Assembly (NCBI GenBank): GCA_964344765.1
Contig: CAYFOM010000011.1
Coordinates: forward strand, 42,951-106,950
Direction: 5' to 3'
Source of the DNA: an uncultured Planctomycetales bacterium
Lineage (GTDB): Bacteria > Planctomycetota > UBA1135
Length of the DNA stretch: 64,000 nucleotides
Position 1 is the stretch's first letter. The number at the start of each line of letters is the position of its first letter. A model generated the notes under the pieces. The model saw only the letters and a program-made list of their open reading frames with translations. It had not been told where the DNA came from and made no database searches. Of the stretch, positions 60,489 to 64,000 are shown piece after piece. A program made the position numbers and the translations under genes.

Positions 60489-62615
60489 GTGGAGAGGATT
60501 CGCTTGCTGCCGGCGGCATGGGCGGCGCTGGTATTTGTTGGGACCAGCGCCTGGTTGTGGGCGGCGCGTGCCCCCGGATGGGTCCCGGACGGCGACCCCA
60601 GCCGCTATTTGCTTCAGGCAAAAAGCGCAGCCGCGCTGGCATGTGCCTTGGCGGTCGTTGCTCTAACCGCCACCAAGCGTCCGATTGGAATGACGCTACT
60701 TGTTCTTGCAGCCTGCTGTCTAGCCTGGGCAAGAGCGCCCCTACCGCGCCTGCCGACGTCAACCGATTCCAAAATTGTTGAACTTCAAGCCCGCATCGTG
60801 CGAGTGGAAAGCTCGCAGTTTGGTGGCTGTTGGGGAATGGTCGATCAATTGCACAACTTAGAGGGTGTGCCGTTGGCCAGTGGCAGCCTACGCATGTATT
60901 TCAGAAGTGGCCATCACGAATATGGCGACCCCATCGGTCGAGATCGGCGGGTGGAAGCCGGCAACGTGGTCAGGATCCGCGGCGTGCTTGAAGCCACGAA
61001 CTTGGGTTATTCGCTGAAGAAGTGCGTTATGGCAGCAACTTCTCTCCATCGACCCATCAGTTGGTTGCAGCGCGGACGTCAATGGGTTCGTCATCGATTG
61101 CAAAGCAATCTCCAACCGCCGCATCGGGCTATGGCTTTGGCCCTCTTATTGGGCGAAAAAGGAGAACTTCAATCCGAGCAGCGCTTGCCTTACCGACGTT
61201 TGGGCTTGCTGCATTTGCTTGCCATCTCCGGCATGCATTTTTGGGTTTGGAGTGCGATGTTTCGACGCATCCTCCCCACCTCCTTGGCGTGGATCCGCTT
61301 ACCTATTTTGCTGGGTTTTGCCATGCTCGCCAATTTTTCAGCGCCGGTCCTGAGGGCATTTTGCGCCGTTCTTCTTCGCGACGGAATGGCTTATCGGGGT
61401 CGAGGAATCGCACCCTTCACCTTATGGGCGATTGCCGCCTGGGCCGAACTAGTCTTGACTCCACACGGCGAAACCTCGTTAGGCTTCTTGCTCACCTATT
61501 TGGCAACAGCCGCATTGTTGTGGGCTCGGCCGCCACGTAGCGCCGGACGCATACGGCAAGTTTTACAACCATCCACTGCGGCCTTCCTTGGAACAATGCC
61601 GACGCTCCATGCGTTGCAAGGCACCATCGAGCCGTGGAGCATTCCCTTTACGCCGATCTTTGCCCTGATGATCCCGCCGCGCCTGATCGCCAGTTTGACT
61701 GCCTGCAGCAATGGATTCGGCCAGGGATGCCAGGCACTATTGGAGGGCATCCATCATCTCGAGCAATCCTTGTTTGCTTTGACCAACACGCTTCCCGCTG
61801 CGCCCTATATTGCCACCCACTTATCCAATGAAGTCTTAACCGCCGCAACTCTGCTAATCATGTTGATCATGGGTCCGCTGCACGTTCGCTTCGGCCGCAT
61901 GCTATGGCGACCACTGGCTGTCGGCGCATCGGCGCTCGCATTGCTTCCAGCCACGAGTCAACCCACAGTTTTATCTTTGCCCGTGGGCCACGGTCTTGCC
62001 ACCGCAATCATCGGCGATCGACAAACTTTATTGTTTGACTTAGGTTCGGCCAAGCTCAAACCGGTTTCTCTGGTGGACCGCACCTTGCTACCCGCTCTGA
62101 ACCGAAGTAACGCCCGTCCAGAGCTGAGTATGGTATTTAGTCACTCCGACTCGGACCACACCAACGGCGGAGGATTTCTTAAGCGGCGAATCCCTTATCA
62201 AAGCTTGGATTGCCGTATGGGGGAAACCATAGACTTGCCTCAATTCAAGCCCTTCCAAGTCCAACTCAGCCGTTGTTGGCAAGCCACTCATTCAGGAGGC
62301 AACGAGGGCGGCTTAGTTCTTGATGTCCGGCTGAATCAAAAGCGAGCGGTGATTTTGGGCGATTCCTATGGCTATAGCTTGCGCCGGCTATGCAGCCAGA
62401 TTCCGCAGGGACCTGTGGACTTGCTGATTGTTCCCCATCATGGACTAACCACAGATGGTCTAAGCGAGCTTTTGGATCACCTTCAACCGGCTCAATGTTG
62501 GGCCTCTACCGACAGCAATCCGCAGGCTTTGCCAATCTGGCCTTTGCTCAATCAACGCCAAATTCCGCTGCAAACCAGCCGCTATTCTGCATTGTTCTTT
62601 CCAAGCAACCCCTGA
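60489..62615 (+). CDS. comEC: ComEC/Rec2 family DNA internalisation channel with a C-terminal metallo-beta-lactamase domain
   Basis: Polytopic competence domain (YRRLGLLHLLAISGMHF) and an MBL-like FSHSDSDHTNG motif. GTG start. Confidence 0.8.
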   Translation: MERIRLLPAAWAALVFVGTSAWLWAARAPGWVPDGDPSRYLLQAKSAAALACALAVVALTATKRPIGMTLLVLAACCLAWARAPLPRLPTSTDSKIVELQARIVRVESSQFGGCWGMVDQLHNLEGVPLASGSLRMYFRSGHHEYGDPIGRDRRVEAGNVVRIRGVLEATNLGYSLKKCVMAATSLHRPISWLQRGRQWVRHRLQSNLQPPHRAMALALLLGEKGELQSEQRLPYRRLGLLHLLAISGMHFWVWSAMFRRILPTSLAWIRLPILLGFAMLANFSAPVLRAFCAVLLRDGMAYRGRGIAPFTLWAIAAWAELVLTPHGETSLGFLLTYLATAALLWARPPRSAGRIRQVLQPSTAAFLGTMPTLHALQGTIEPWSIPFTPIFALMIPPRLIASLTACSNGFGQGCQALLEGIHHLEQSLFALTNTLPAAPYIATHLSNEVLTAATLLIMLIMGPLHVRFGRMLWRPLAVGASALALLPATSQPTVLSLPVGHGLATAIIGDRQTLLFDLGSAKLKPVSLVDRTLLPALNRSNARPELSMVFSHSDSDHTNGGGFLKRRIPYQSLDCRMGETIDLPQFKPFQVQLSRCWQATHSGGNEGGLVLDVRLNQKRAVILGDSYGYSLRRLCSQIPQGPVDLLIVPHHGLTTDGLSELLDHLQPAQCWASTDSNPQALPIWPLLNQRQIPLQTSRYSALFFPSNP

Positions 62616-62674
62616 GCCATTGGATCTGAGCTGGATTGCTTGTAACCAAAGTTGCCTAAATTCGTCTTCTAATT

Positions 62675-64000
62675 GTGGAAGCAAGCATCTTTGGAGCAGC
62701 ACTGCATGGCGGCCGAGCGGAATTAGTTCGGGTCGAAGTATTACTCAGCCGCGGGTTACCAAAAACCGTGTTGGTGGGAATGCCGGACCAACCGGCCAAG
62801 GAAGCACGGGAACGCATTCCGTCGGCGTTGGCGGTTCATGGATATCCGTACCCCAAAGCAAAAGTTCTGTTCAACTTGGTTCCGGCTCAAATCCCCAAAG
62901 GTGGGTTGCCTTTGGACTTGGCGTTAGCTGCAGCGGTGTTGCAAGCGCAGCAAGTCATTCGCCCGCCCCGTCATTCGATCCTGTTCCTCGCCGAATTAGA
63001 TCTGCAGGGTCGGCTGCGACCACCGGCCCGGGGCACCCTACTGGCCGCATTACGGGCTGGCGAGCAATCCGATATTCAAACCGTGATCACGGCGATTGAT
63101 TCCGCCGACGAGGCGGCCATTGCGCCGGGAGTGCAAACGGTGGGCTGCGCCGACCTCAGCGAGGTTGTTGAAGTGCTGCAAAACCCATCTCAAATCAGTG
63201 ATCGAGCTCAACTTCCGCCACCCGGCAAGCCTCTTTCGCAAAACGAAAATCCGGGCCGACTGGAGGACATCCGCGGACAAAGCCATGCGCGCTGGGCCGG
63301 AATTCTTGCCGTCGCCGGACGTCACCCGCTGTTGCTGCAAGGGCCGCCGGGGACGGGAAAAAGCATGCTTGCCCAACGACTGGCAGGGCTGATGCCAGAG
63401 CTGGACCCCAACACTGCGATGCAAGTTGCTCAAATGGAAGCGCTGTTAGGTCCAGTAGGCTGCTTGCCATTACAACCGCCCTTTCGAGCTCCGCATCCTT
63501 CCGTATCGGCCCAAGGGATATTCGGCGGCGGACGTCCCCTTCGACCGGGAGAGTTGTCACGCGCACATGGAGGCATCCTGTTCTTAGATGAATTGCCGGA
63601 ATTTTCGCGACCGGTTTTGGAAGGACTGCGGCAACCACTAGAAGAAAAAGAAGTGCGTTTGCAACGAGCTCAAGAATGGGCGACTTTTCCGGCCGACCCA
63701 TTGTTGATTGCCGCCCGCAACCCGTGTCCCTGCGGCTATGCCAGCCACCCGGTAACCCCGTGCGTTTGCACCCCCCACGCCTGGAATCGCTATCGCAATC
63801 GTACAAGTGGACCGCTATTGGACCGCTTTGATTTGTTTGCGGAAATGAATCCGGTTGCGCCGGAAGAGTTGCATGGGGCCCCCACTTCTCCAACCCAGGA
63901 AGAAGCAACGAAGTGGATTCAAAGTGCTCACATGCTTCAGCGCGAACGACAGCAACGCGGCAGCTTTGAACGGGCCAACGAGGCCAGTTTGGAAGATTTA
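62675..64000 (+). CDS. comM: Mg-chelatase-like AAA+ protein YifB/ComM, 5' fragment running off the window
   Basis: Not in the ORF track (no stop in the window). From the GTG at 62675 the frame reads MEASIFGAALHGGRAELVRVEVLLSRGLPKTVLVGMPDQPAKEARERI...LLQGPPGTGKSMLAQRL...GILFLDELPEF...NPCPCG, the canonical ComM/YifB order of Lon-like, AAA+ and zinc-ribbon motifs. Confidence 0.85.
   Translation, partial: MEASIFGAALHGGRAELVRVEVLLSRGLPKTVLVGMPDQPAKEARERIPSALAVHGYPYPKAKVLFNLVPAQIPKGGLPLDLALAAAVLQAQQVIRPPRHSILFLAELDLQGRLRPPARGTLLAALRAGEQSDIQTVITAIDSADEAAIAPGVQTVGCADLSEVVEVLQNPSQISDRAQLPPPGKPLSQNENPGRLEDIRGQSHARWAGILAVAGRHPLLLQGPPGTGKSMLAQRLAGLMPELDPNTAMQVAQMEALLGPVGCLPLQPPFRAPHPSVSAQGIFGGGRPLRPGELSRAHGGILFLDELPEFSRPVLEGLRQPLEEKEVRLQRAQEWATFPADPLLIAARNPCPCGYASHPVTPCVCTPHAWNRYRNRTSGPLLDRFDLFAEMNPVAPEELHGAPTSPTQEEATKWIQSAHMLQRERQQRGSFERANEASLEDL

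Noticed and set aside
62620-63099. 159-aa plus-strand ORF after comEC
   Set aside because: It is out of frame with, and fully overlapped by, the comM reading frame that starts at the GTG at 62675 and shows canonical ComM/YifB motifs. The 159-aa product is low-complexity Gly/Ser/Arg.
1-64000. Mobile elements, prophage genes, CRISPR arrays, rRNA or tRNA genes
   Set aside because: No transposase, integrase or phage-like ORFs were seen. There are no long direct or terminal inverted repeats flanking a block. No tRNA-like T-loop (GGTTCGAATCC-type) or rRNA sequence was seen in the few intergenic regions longer than 100 nt. A proper tRNAscan or Infernal run would be needed to be certain.

Overview
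GC-rich bacterial chromosomal window, densely coding, with no rRNA, tRNA, CRISPR array, transposase or integrase that I can see. All family calls come from motif recognition in the supplied translations; no searches were run.

Layout:
- 1-17.5 kb: housekeeping and envelope genes. These are the tgt 3' end, cstA, rmuC, an ECF sigma with a giant VWA anti-sigma, add, an M20 peptidase, an SDR and thrS.
- 17.6-21.3 kb: blaI and blaR1, followed by a secreted Cys/Glu/His-repeat protein.
- 21.3-34.1 kb, minus strand: a dcw cell-wall cluster in the order mraZ-rsmH-ftsL-like-ftsI-murE-murF-mraY-ftsW-LysM-murG-murC-murB. It lacks murD, ddl and ftsQAZ.
- 34.3-39.2 kb: small operons including der, queE, a small basic protein and a family-4 UDG.
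- 39.2-53.4 kb, plus strand: the most interesting block. A GspL/PilMN-like gene, a PilO/GspM-like gene and an FN3 membrane protein are chained by 4-nt overlaps. They are followed by a TPR-lipoprotein secretin, a 948-aa and a 361-aa TPR protein, ExbB-ExbD-ExbD, and a second paralogous TPR-lipoprotein secretin. This block contains no GspE/PilB ATPase, platform protein, pilin, TonB or TonB-dependent receptor. I read it as a candidate pmf-energised secretin machine.
- 53.9-64 kb: a HAD hydrolase, a peptide ABC transporter, ridA, coaD, comEC and a comM 5' fragment.

Smaller signals:
- Spaced TGGYGG direct repeats upstream of mraZ.
- An ACTAC-N4-GTAGT dyad upstream of blaI.
- TAGAAT-N6-start-codon arrangements that suggest leaderless transcripts.
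- A recurrent CCTTCCCCCC motif punctuating the secretin cluster.
- A queE whose conserved N-terminus lies upstream of any canonical start codon.

Gene content (DUF1570-like protein, small basic protein, blaI/blaR1, TPR-secretins) is reminiscent of Planctomycetota/PVC genomes. That is a low-confidence inference.
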